NCBI GenBank assembly: GCA_051294905.1
Contig: CM119383.1
Coordinates: 20,832,001 to 20,896,000 of the forward strand
DNA from: Botryllus schlosseri
Taxonomy: Eukaryota
Length of the DNA: 64,000 nucleotides
Direction: 5' to 3'
Each line of letters starts with the position of its first letter. Positions within the stretch are counted from its first letter, which is position 1. Positions 23,419 through 33,891 of the stretch are shown piece after piece. The translations under genes were made by a program, and so were the position numbers. The notes below the pieces were generated by a model, which had not been told where the DNA came from, made no database searches, and saw only the letters and a program-made list of their open reading frames with translations.

Positions 23419-25379
23419 TTTTTGCATATTTTCATCCTTTCCAATAACTTCTTCGTTTTTAATACATCGTTTTCATTGTGCCCTTGTTTCTCGTGATTCT
23501 TTGTCTGGATGCGTCGAATTAGACAGTAGTGTGGAGAAGGTAACAACGTTATCGGAAACTTAGTGGCAGGATAACGTCTTATTATAGCTATCGTGCCCTA
23601 AAGTTTTGCATATCGTGTTACAGATTTATAATTAGGGTTACAGTTACTAACATAATTTCAAACCAAGTATGCAGATGTCATATAGCTTCGTGCAAAAGCG
23701 ATATGGACGACGAAGTTATACGTATTGATTCACCAAAAAGTCCGAAGTTTGCGATTCAGGTGTGACGTGAACAGTATCGCCAATATGTGGAAAATTCAGC
23801 GCAGCATAGTTCAAATTACACCCATACGACGCCGAATTTTTCCATATTGAGACCCGCATTTCTCATGGGAAGTTCGTCGACTTCGGTGCGATCGATAAAA
23901 TTATACCAGGAGTAGCGTATCGTGTCTTAGTAGTAAACTACGCGATGCGATCGACCTGAAAGTCTGCCATGGGATGTAGTTCGACGATTGGGTGCCACAA
24001 ACAGACATCCCATGCACCTCGGGCGGGCTGGGCGCGGTTGTGACGTCATAATGGAGTAAAATCCGTTATTACATGTGACTATATGGTAACTACAGGGTTG
24101 GATCTACTTATACGAGTTTCATTAGACGTGTCTCTTTCTTGTAGCTATAATACTATTATAACTTTTCTGACACCCTATAGTTGCAGACATGCTAGACACT
24201 TCATTTTGGTGTCATTAGAAAGGTTGCAAAAAAATCTCCATCCGTTTTTTTTTTTCAAGTCTCTACTTCAAGTAGTTTTGGAGTAGTGGCTTTGTAAAGT
24301 AGTTTCAACGTAGTTTCAACATCGTGATAGCTACTGCCTTCATATTTGTATCGTACAATACTCGTTGCAAGAAAATTTTTCAGTCCAAGTATCAAGTAGA
24401 TTTGTCAAGTAGTTTTCGAGTAGTGGCTTTGTAAAGTAGTTTTGAGATATTTTCAACGCCGTGAGTGCTATCGAGTTGATTTTTGTATCGTTTAATACTC
24501 GTGGCAAGCTCAATCTTCAGTCCAAGTATCAAGTAATTTTGTCAAGTAACAAACATTTTATAGTTCTTTTAATATTTCGAAGTGCTTTCAGCGATGTTCT
24601 GATGGCGCTAGAGAGTTGATTTTTTCACGGATGATTGCTCTCGGCATGAACTATCTATAGTCAAAATTTCAAGTGGATTGGTCCACGTGGGAAGAAGTTA
24701 CGAAAGTCTTCGATGTTCCCAGGTATGTTTCCCGGATATGTATCCGGTTTTCATATCCGGATCCGCTTTCCAACGAAAGTCCTATTCAATGTGCTTACGC
24801 TGAAAAAGATTTCATAGCTCTAAGTTTCGTACTTCTCGAGATATGCACGTTCAAGTAGTTTCAAAACTACTTTTCAAGTACTACTTTTCAGCGGTTCATG
24901 CAAAATACTTCATATTTCGTCAAAAAATTCTATACAAGTCAAGAGTACTGCCCACGTTATTGTAGTTCATTCACTTTAGCACAGGATTTTATATATATTT
25001 ATTTTCATTAAAAAAACTACTTTTTGAAGTACTACTTTCCTGAGGTTCGGTGTAATCACTTAATTTTTGTCTAAGAGTGATCTACGGCCTCTCCTGAAGC
25101 CAGCGATGGCAAAAATTTCGGAATCGAAGATAAAAAATTGTCCGATTTTGTCGAATTTTTACTGAGTCCCACAACATTTTTTTTTATTTTTAAGCACATG
25201 TGCGCGTTCCCCTCTGTATTTGAAGATGCGCTGCAAAGGAATTTTTCAGATCCGACCACTATTACGATGTCTAGAGCCCGCTAAAGGTCCGATTTTGGCG
25301 CGCTTCAACCGGAGATATCTCGGCTCCGGTTGGTCCGAATTCGACAATTACTCCCGTCGTTTACCCGCCGTTTTCCCAA

Positions 25380-26470
25380 AAAAAATTATCAAATATTTTT
25401 TTCCCCCCCACACGAAGTTTGGAGTGTCTAGGACCAACTGGAGCCATTCTAGCCATGCGCGTGCGTTTGCGTTCGAGTCAGAATGAGTCAAAATTAGTCA
25501 ACTGAGCGCGCGCCTTTGCTTTCGAGTCAGAATGAGTCCCGCCGTTTACCCGCAAACATACGCATTACTCCCGCCGTTTTACCAAAAAAAAAAAATTATC
25601 AAATATTTTCCACCCCCACACGAAGTTTGGAGTGTCTAGGACCAACTGGAGCCATTCTAGCCATGCGCGTGCGTTTTCAATGAAAGCCGCGTCAGCTAGG
25701 TGGGGGGTGCTAGCGCGGTGCGTTTTCGCGCATCGTGCGGACGGATTTTTCGCTTGTGCGCGGCTTTCATTGAAAACGCGCCAGCATGGTGAGGGGTAGC
25801 AGCGCGGTGCGTTTTCTCGCATCCGCGATTGGTTGGTTTGTTCGGTTGTGCGCGGCTTTCATTGAAAACGCGCCAGCAGGGTGGGGGGTGGTAGCGCGGT
25901 GCGTTTTCGCGCATCGTGCGGACGGAATTTTCGCTTTTGCGCGGCTTTCAGAATGAGTCAAATGAGTGCGCGCGTTTGCTTTCGAGTCAGAATGAGTCAA
26001 AATGAGTCCAATGAGCGCGCGCCTTTGCTTTTGAGTCAGAATGAGTCCCGCCGTTTACCCGCAAACATAGGAATTACTCCCGCCGTTTACCCGCAAGGTC
26101 GAACGAAAAATTCAACTTTTCGAATTTTTTTTTTCGAAAAAAAATTTTTTTTTCTGAAAAAAAAATCAAATATTTTCCCCCCCACACGAAGTTTGGAGTG
26201 TGTAGGACCAACAGGAGCCATTCTAGTGATGCGCGTGCGTTTTCAATGAAAGCCGCGCCAGCTAGGTTGGGGGTGCTAGCGCGGTGCGTTTTCGCGCATC
26301 GTGCGGATGGATTTTTCGGTTGTGCGCGGCTTTCATTGAAAACGCGCCAGCTGGGTGGGGGGTGGTAGCGAGGTGCGTTTTCGCGCATCGTGCGGACGGA
26401 TTTTTCGGTTGTGCGCGGCTTTCATCGAATAAGCGCCAGCTGAGGGGAGGGGTCGTAGCGCTGCGTTGAA
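25380..26470. promoter_or_regulatory. Composite repeat array upstream of gene A3 containing TTTCGCGC (E2F-like) and TGAGTCA (AP-1-like) motifs
   Basis: About 90-bp GC-rich units. TTTCGCGC at 25724, 25905, 26290, 26379; TGAGTCA at 25484, 25954, 25993, 26032; AT-rich palindromes at 26115-26165. Regulatory role is inferred. Confidence 0.55.
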
Positions 26471-26540
26471 AATTGCAAAAAAAATTCTACCCGTTTACTA
26501 GCAAAATTCATGTTCACGTTCATTGTTTTTAGGCATTAAA

Positions 26541-27158
26541 ATGGAGGTGATATATGCTATGTACGATGAATGCATCGAAATTACTCTTTTCCGGCGTGAG
26601 CGAATGATCAAAGCGAGATTAATCATGAAGAATGGATACTTCGCTCGTGGCATTGTCATGAGCGACGTGGAAGTCGACAATACCGAGCCCGGCCGTCTCT
26701 TTCTCAGGATGAGACATGAAAATCCTTTACACAGAAATGTTATTGTCCCAACCAACTTACGTCCAATGGACAATGATTTCCACTCGCCTCGCAGTCGGTA
26801 CGTTGAAATCGTGCAAGGACATATCTTCATAAGTACTCACTTTAACGGCCGGTCAACTGTAGCCGCTCTTATGATAACAGAGGAATACAAAGCGCAGATG
26901 CTGGTGCTGTACGACGATCAGATGGTCATAACAGTGAATGGTATCGTCGAGTTGGTGAATTTGGTCGTCGATCGCTCGGCGAACGCTGATACCGTCATAC
27001 CGACGGACCGGAGCGGTCGACGACCAAATTTTGTTGCGACAGTTAATCGCACGCCCGCACTACCCGGACCGCCCATCGGACCGGTAATCCGGACTCTCGA
27101 GGGCGCGGCGGACAGGCCGAGGCGGGCCATCCGTGCCCCGGACCGATTGGATCTTTAA
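26541..27158 (+). CDS. Family A paralog A3, 205 aa, unknown function
   Basis: Intact ORF; ends RPRRAIRAPDRLDL*. Confidence 0.8.
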   Translation: MEVIYAMYDECIEITLFRRERMIKARLIMKNGYFARGIVMSDVEVDNTEPGRLFLRMRHENPLHRNVIVPTNLRPMDNDFHSPRSRYVEIVQGHIFISTHFNGRSTVAALMITEEYKAQMLVLYDDQMVITVNGIVELVNLVVDRSANADTVIPTDRSGRRPNFVATVNRTPALPGPPIGPVIRTLEGAADRPRRAIRAPDRLDL

Positions 27159-27866
27159 ATTATCAATTCATGTTGTAAACTTTCGTTTTAAATGCTTTAA
27201 AGTTCTTGTGACGACGATTTTTATGCCTTTTTATCTGCAATTTTAGTATCATCGACTTAAGTTAAGTTAATACAATTTTGTTTTGGTCACCTTTGCTGAT
27301 ATCATGTATTGCCTTATGTGTCGTCCTTATTTTTTGTTGGCCACTTGGTTCCTATATTTGTCTTGTTTTATGTTAATTTAAGTCCGATTTTATCGCTTTT
27401 ATCGCTTTTAACTGTCCATCGCAATATTCGTTTTTTAACTTTGAAACGCTTTATTTTTAATCGCTGTGTTTCATTTTCAGATCATATTATCATAGCGTTA
27501 CTGTTATGAAACACTAGATAACTACTGCAATGCGTTTACGACAGAATGGGGCAGAAAGAGGTCGGTCTCAGCCTGTCGGTACAGTGCGAGGGTGTCAAGC
27601 AGGGGTTGGAGTGAGGACGACTCTTCGTCAGAGAAGAAGTACTGTGTAACAGTACGTGAACTTTAGTCAGCATTGCGTTGTTCGATCACGCCGTGCTTTC
27701 TAAAGCTTTACTTACTGTTACATACTATCACAAAACTAATGTCAAATACTTGTGCGTTGTGCGCGGGTTTCACTGAAAACGCAATATGGGGGGGGGGAGC
27801 AGTCGTAGCGCGATTCGTTTCTGCAACGATACTTCATGTTCGTCTTCGTTTTTTTCAGAAATAAAC

Positions 27867-27910
27867 ATGGAAATTATCTGCAGTGCTTTCGATCGAAAAA
27901 TTCAGTTGTG
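27867..27910 (+). pseudogene. N-terminal stub of a further family A gene (MEIICSAFDRKIQL), body deleted
   Basis: Same ttttcag-aaata-ATGGA context as A1. Followed directly by a duplicate of the A3 3' flank (tgtcgtccttattttttgttggccacttgg). Confidence 0.55.
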
Positions 27911-28943
27911 TCGTCCTTATTTTTTGTTGGCCACTTGGTTCCGATATTTCTCTTCTTTTATGTTAATATTATTCCGATTTTATCGCTTTTACTGCTGTTA
28001 TCGCTATTACGTTTTTTCAACTGTGCTTTACATTAATCGCATGTTTCTTTTTCAGGTCTTATTATCATAGCGTTAGTGTAAACGTGTTCTCAAACACTAC
28101 TTAACCACTAATCGCTTGTTTCTTTTTCAGATCGTATTATCATAGCGTTAGGGTACACGTGTTCTGAAACACTAGTTAACCACTGATATGCGTCTTGAAC
28201 GGAATTGGACATAAAGATCATGGGGTGAAGTGAGGACGACGATGCGTGAGACAAGTACTGTGTAACAGTACGTATAATCTAGTTTACACGACGTTGTTCG
28301 ATCACGTCGTGCTTTCCGGATCTATATTTACTGTTTCATACTATCACAATACTAATATAAAGTAGTTGCGTACTAAGTGTTTGTGCTTGCAAGGTCATGC
28401 TACAGTGTCTTGCCTGTGTTGCATGTGCTTTCCTGAGTTTTACGTGCAAGGTTTGGCAAAATACTGCTTCGTGACATGTCTTTCGTTGTAGGGAAATTTG
28501 CTGGTGTGTGTCACTATGAACACTTCAAAGTGCATGCACCTGTTACTCAAGTTCATGTTCTGTGAAGTCAACATAGCGTTACAAAACATCGTAATAATGG
28601 TCGGACATAATCGAATTAAAGATGCTCAAGTTTTTGCGTAATACCGTGTAGTGGCGTTGTTACTGTTCTGCACATTTCATTCGCAAATCATGTAGATCAT
28701 TTACGTTTCATTTGTGCCTTTCAAGTTTATATATTACCATCCATCTTCTTTGCTTGAATAACATTTGGCCTTGCAGTTTTATTGTGCAAATCGTGTCATG
28801 CATCGAATTTGTTTCGCGTTTGTCAGGAACTTGCGTTTCAATTCTCTTTACGTTCGTTTTAATGACATTCATGTTGCTGTGTTGAATCGTGCTTTCAATT
28901 GCCAGTTGTATATGTTTACAGAAACTAAATCTATATCATTATA

Positions 28944-29342
28944 ATGACTAAATCGAACCCTACGGCCGGCGAAGGCTACTTCGAGCGGACTATAACTCGA
29001 ATTGACGACTTGCAACATCCTGAGATCGTTCAAACGGAAACGAAGATTTTACCGATTTCTGCTCATTCTGAACCTGGACCCGAACCGGTCCCTGATCCGG
29101 AGAATCCAGATGCTTATCTCCTGGTACCAGCCGACTTGAACGGGGAAGGTCGTGAAACGCTGATAAGTGCTGAGCAATATCTTGCTTGGTATCAAGATGG
29201 ATGTGGGTGGGATGGAGGTGGGTCGGCACAAGACACTCCGAAGGATGGCAATGGGGGAAACCTCTTCGAGGTGGTCAAACTGGCGAGGCCGAAAAATCAA
29301 GATGGCGAAGTCGTAAACTCAACGGCGTCTGCTGAACAGTGA
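28944..29342 (+). CDS. Family B paralog B3, 132 aa
   Basis: Intact ORF homologous to B1/B2, same terminal NSTASAEQ*. Confidence 0.8.
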   Translation: MTKSNPTAGEGYFERTITRIDDLQHPEIVQTETKILPISAHSEPGPEPVPDPENPDAYLLVPADLNGEGRETLISAEQYLAWYQDGCGWDGGGSAQDTPKDGNGGNLFEVVKLARPKNQDGEVVNSTASAEQ

Positions 29343-29674
29343 TTGATACCAAACAAAACTTGCAAATGTTTTTCGGCGGCATGAACTCGGACCTTACTTG
29401 TGCTATCTGTTTCTCGAATTCTTGTCGTTCGATACGCATTTCTCTTAGATGTCGCTGTATTTTGGCGTTTTAAAAATTAGTAAAGTACATCTTGAATTAC
29501 ACTACATTTCATGAAGTTGTCGTGATATTTCTTAATTTGCGTTTACGTTAACATCCTCCACAATTTGTACGTAATCTGGACGTATCAACTCCGATCACTT
29601 TTTATTTCGATAGCGTTGTTTCAAAGTGATTAACAGTCGATGTTTTGTTTCTAAAACAGTACAGAAACTTAAAA

Positions 29675-30931
29675 ATGTCTCATAGAACTCCGACTAAAAG
29701 CCCTTTCGGAAAGGAGAGGAGGAAGAATCCTGATTTCTCCGTCGATTGGTATCAGCATTTTCCGAAAGATTACCTGAGGCCTTACGGCCGGTCTGTCATT
29801 CCGGAGGACGTATCCGACGAATCTATCAACAGTAAATTGCAGACCTTTAGCTGCGAATGGTTAACAAGGCCGGCAGTTGCAGTGTCCGAGTTTGCCGAAA
29901 CGCTACTTCGAAATCGAAACACCAAGCCTGCTATCGAGGATATCATGGATCCGAGAGCTTTTCAACACTTCCACGCTCATCTCAATTCAGTCATCAACGA
30001 GGTGCGTCCTCTGTGGATAAGCCCAGCGAACCCGGCTGCCGAGGCGACTCTTACTAAAGAAGACGTGTCGGCAAGGTTTGAACGTCTCGAAAGTCTGATG
30101 ATGCAGCAAAAGTCGTCGTTCCTGGATCGGTATATTGATATCATGGCCGATTGCGGACACGCCATGTATGTGACCGCGCTTCATCTCAAGATGATATCGT
30201 TCTTGATGCGGAACAAAGACGCATGGGCCCTTAAATTTAGATCCCATCCCGATCACGAGAACTTTAAAAAGAATCCTAGCGCTCGCTCTTACGCTGAAAT
30301 GGTCTTTACCGGATATATGATCAAAAAAGGATTCAATGCCGCGCCCATCGAGACACCGGCCAGAAGAAGCATTTCCGATTTCATGCTGGACGAACCGTCT
30401 GTGCCCGTCACTTTGTCGCAATCACTTCCTACGCAAGGTACTGTGTCTGCCTCTGCTCCGGTTCCGTTTTCAGGACCTTCGCCGTCTTCCGTTTATGTAC
30501 CCGTTTCTGTTAATTATCCGGCACCTTTTTATCCACCTCCACCTTCCGTACCAGTTCGCATTGGAGTTTCGGGAATGGTTACTGCGCCTTCCCTTGTTTC
30601 TGCGCAAGTCCTAACAGGTGGTTCTCGAATGGCTGCAGGTGCGGCAGCGGTTTCTGGTCAAGAAATTCGAAGTCCGGCAGTGGTTTCAGCGGATCCTCTA
30701 CGATTGGCGCATGCTCGTCCGATGATTCGAGTTCCGGTTACGTTCCAATCGGATACCGCAGCAGTTAGAAATGTTGCTGGAGCGGCTGTTGAGGACGAAA
30801 ATGTTCCATGCTCTAGTGGCAGCGTTCAAAGTCAGCGTGCGTCTGCCGCTGTGAACAAGGAGAAACGAAGCATTACTGACAAGGCGGGAAAACCAAAGAA
30901 GAAAAAAAAGAAACGTGTAACTCAAGAATGA
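29675..30931 (+). CDS. Family C paralog C1, 418 aa (conserved about 210-aa domain, Pro/Ser/Val-rich linker, poly-Lys tail)
   Basis: Intact ORF; motif WYQHFPKD..R.YG...F.CEWL.RP..A.SEFAETL..N; ends KPKKKKKRVTQE. Confidence 0.85.
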   Translation: MSHRTPTKSPFGKERRKNPDFSVDWYQHFPKDYLRPYGRSVIPEDVSDESINSKLQTFSCEWLTRPAVAVSEFAETLLRNRNTKPAIEDIMDPRAFQHFHAHLNSVINEVRPLWISPANPAAEATLTKEDVSARFERLESLMMQQKSSFLDRYIDIMADCGHAMYVTALHLKMISFLMRNKDAWALKFRSHPDHENFKKNPSARSYAEMVFTGYMIKKGFNAAPIETPARRSISDFMLDEPSVPVTLSQSLPTQGTVSASAPVPFSGPSPSSVYVPVSVNYPAPFYPPPPSVPVRIGVSGMVTAPSLVSAQVLTGGSRMAAGAAAVSGQEIRSPAVVSADPLRLAHARPMIRVPVTFQSDTAAVRNVAGAAVEDENVPCSSGSVQSQRASAAVNKEKRSITDKAGKPKKKKKKRVTQE

Positions 30932-31081
30932 ACTGACGTGTTTCATATCTCGTGTTTTTGTGATTTGTCAAACTTTAACTTTCATTTTCTTGTTCGTTTG
31001 TTATGCTTTCGTAAATTTTATTCGTTTCTTGTTACAGATTATTAATCGTAGAACTAGCTGTGACTCTAACTGAAATACGAT

Positions 31082-31786
31082 ATGAGCAAGCAATCGAAGA
31101 CATCGTCAAGCCGACTGCTGTTGTCTCCAGATGATGTTTCACATGCGAATAGGATCGTCGCCGACCTGCGCAAGATATTTCCTGACATGCGTCTGGACCA
31201 TTACTTATTGCGATTCAATTGTCGTCCCACCAATGTTCACCATCCATTGCTCATGTTGGCTCTATACCGAGAGATGACCCGCCATCAGGTATTCGTTACC
31301 ATGATTACTGAATCGTTACGACCTGCGGTAATATTGCCGCAGGATGCGTTGCGTGCCAGCCGTAGTACTCAAACGTTAACGGCGTCACTACCGACTGATC
31401 TGAATGCTTTTCTGCATCGATCCGCTTCTCCGGAGCTTCCAGTATCTTCGCACTTTTCTGTACAACTGCAGACATCTCCTAAAGCGGAACGACGTTCGTC
31501 TCCTAATGACCTGCTCAAGGCTGAAGAGCACGATGATGTACCAACGGTTTCGGTTATGCCACGGAAACGTGTTAAAGTCGAGAGAAGTTGTCAAACGGAA
31601 AGTGATATCAGTGGGATGTCCCCGTGTGCATCGAGCGAATCGAGCGAGTCGGGCGCATCGGACGAACCGTCTCTGCCGTGTGCAATTGACGATTCCAGCA
31701 GTCAGTCAGCGGCTGTATGCGAACAGCAGAAGCGGTCCGCCACTAATGAAGCAGGAAATCAAAAGAAAAAAAGAAAAAGTCTTTGA
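31082..31786 (+). CDS. Family D paralog D2, 234 aa, basic C-terminus
   Basis: Intact ORF homologous to D1. Confidence 0.8.
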   Translation: MSKQSKTSSSRLLLSPDDVSHANRIVADLRKIFPDMRLDHYLLRFNCRPTNVHHPLLMLALYREMTRHQVFVTMITESLRPAVILPQDALRASRSTQTLTASLPTDLNAFLHRSASPELPVSSHFSVQLQTSPKAERRSSPNDLLKAEEHDDVPTVSVMPRKRVKVERSCQTESDISGMSPCASSESSESGASDEPSLPCAIDDSSSQSAAVCEQQKRSATNEAGNQKKKRKSL

Positions 31787-32137
31787 CCTGTGACATGTCA
31801 CATTTTAAAGTTGCGATGCATTGCTCGTCGATATTGTCATCTCTAACTTTCGTTTTATGTCATTATCGTGTGTTACGTTCGTTATTTCGTTCGCCTGGCT
31901 TGCCGCTTTCTGCTTTTTAATGTACCTTCGCTATGCTTTAGCTGATTTCATTTCTCTATTGTCGCACCCATTTATGTGTGTCATATCACCCGCAACGTTC
32001 GTTACTTAATGTATTCGTTCTAATGTATTCGTTCAGTACAGACTGATAACTGTAAATACACGTGTCTTTTGCGAGTACTAATAGTTTCACGCTCTTCTTT
32101 ATTTTCCAGAAAATACAATAGCAGTCTAATAGCTAAA

Positions 32138-33367
32138 ATGTCTTATAGAACTCCGACGAAGAGTCCTTTCGGAAAGGAAAGGAGGAAGAATCCTGATTTC
32201 TCCGTCGATTGGTATCAGCATTTCCCGAAAGATTACCTGAGGTCTTACGGTCGGTCTGTGATTCCGGAAGACGTATCCGACGAGTCTATCAACAGTAAAT
32301 TGCAGACCTTTAGTTGCGAATGGTTAACAAGGCCGGCAGTTGCAGTGTCCGAGTTTGCCGAAACTCTACTCCGAAATCGCAACACCACGCCTGCCTTCGA
32401 GGATCTCATGGATCCGAGAGCTTTCCAACAGTTTCACGCTCATCTGAATTCCGTCGTCAACGAGGTCGGTCCTCTGTGGGTAAGCCCAGCGAACCCGGCT
32501 AGCGAGGCGACTCTTACTAAAGAAGACGTGTCGGCGAGGTTCGAACGCCTTGAAAGTCTGATGATCCAGCAAAAGTCGTCGTTCCTGGATCGATATATCG
32601 ATGTTATGATCGATTGCGGACACGCCATGTATGTGAGTGCGCTTCATCTCAAAATGATGTCGTTTTTGATGCGGAACAAAGACGCATGGGCCCTCAAATT
32701 TAGATCCCATCCCGATCACGAGGACTTTAAAAAGAACCCGACCCCTCGCACTTACGCTGAAATTGTCTTTACTGGCTACATGATCAAGAAAGGCTTCAAT
32801 GCAGCTCCGATCGAGACCCCGGCTAGAAGACGCATTTCCGATTTCATGCTCGACGGTCCATCATCTTCGTCTGTGTCGGTGGGAGTCGTTCCAGATGTTC
32901 GATCTCCTGTTTCGGCTCAAGTTCCGCAAGCTCCCGTTCCGTCTCAAACACAGGCACCAGTCCGTGTGCATGAGCATGGTGTCGCCTATCCTGTCGTGCA
33001 GATACCTGTTCCTGTTCAGGTCACGCATCATTCACAATCCCCTCTTTCTTCCGTACAGTTGGCATCGGTTCCGGTTACTCGTCCTGCACAGAATGCTGCT
33101 TCAATGGTTCCGACACTGGATCGATCGGATACCGAGCCGTATGTACCTGCTACTCAAACCGTCAGGGAAGCTGCTCCTTTGTCGACTAATCAATCGGTCT
33201 CGTCAACATCTGTTCCAAGTGCTGCATCTGATGAGGAGAGCGTAGCATGTTCCAGTAGTAAAGTGAAAAGGAAGTCCGCATGTGTTCTCGAATCCAAGAA
33301 GCGAAGCAAAGTTGACAAGGCGGGAAAGCCAAAGAAGAAAAAGAAGAAACATCTCATTCTGGAGTGA
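32138..33367 (+). CDS. Family C paralog C2, 409 aa
   Basis: Intact ORF; N-domain very similar to C1, different low-complexity linker, ends KPKKKKKKHLILE. Confidence 0.85.
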   Translation: MSYRTPTKSPFGKERRKNPDFSVDWYQHFPKDYLRSYGRSVIPEDVSDESINSKLQTFSCEWLTRPAVAVSEFAETLLRNRNTTPAFEDLMDPRAFQQFHAHLNSVVNEVGPLWVSPANPASEATLTKEDVSARFERLESLMIQQKSSFLDRYIDVMIDCGHAMYVSALHLKMMSFLMRNKDAWALKFRSHPDHEDFKKNPTPRTYAEIVFTGYMIKKGFNAAPIETPARRRISDFMLDGPSSSSVSVGVVPDVRSPVSAQVPQAPVPSQTQAPVRVHEHGVAYPVVQIPVPVQVTHHSQSPLSSVQLASVPVTRPAQNAASMVPTLDRSDTEPYVPATQTVREAAPLSTNQSVSSTSVPSAASDEESVACSSSKVKRKSACVLESKKRSKVDKAGKPKKKKKKHLILE

Positions 33368-33380
33368 TATCGTACGCATA

Positions 33381-33778
33381 TCGTATTGTTGCAAATGTGG
33401 ACTCACTTTCGACCCGTAAATTTCCCTACCTTCCATACGCATGTCGTGTGTTACGTTTAGTAATTCTGTTAGGTTTATTACTGAAATGCTTCGTTGAACG
33501 CCTGTTTCTTTTTCGTTGTAGTAGTCGATTTAAAAAGCTTTTGCTTTATAACGTATTTTGTCTTTATGTAAATATTGCCTCGTATTGTTGCAAATGTGGA
33601 CTCACTTTCGACCCGTAAATTTCCCTACCTTCCATACGCATGTCGTGTGTTACGTTTAGTAATTCTGTTAGGTTTATTACTGAAATGCTTCGTTGAACGC
33701 CTGTTTCTTTTTCGTTGTAGTAGTCGATTTAAAAAGCTTTTGCTTTATAACGTATTTTGTCTTTATGTAAATATTGCT
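33381..33778. repeat. Apparently perfect 199-bp tandem duplication between C2 and RepHel
   Basis: tcgtattgttgcaaatgtggactcac starts at both 33381 and 33580. Confidence 0.9.
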
Positions 33779-33891
33779 TCGATTCGTTCTGTTCTTTTTC
33801 CAGTTGCTAGTTACAGTTACCTAATGTTACAAGTCATGTGATCTACTTGAAGGTTCATACCGAACACCACATCATATAGAGACATATCATA

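Noticed and set aside
25565-26469. Short ORFs such as MRENAPRY... in the GC-rich array
   Set aside because: By-products of the about 90-bp repeat on either strand; no consistent frame.
26541-27158. Calling family A a viral capsid protein
   Set aside because: Beta-rich with a basic tail, but no recognisable jelly-roll signature from sequence alone; kept only as a testable idea.
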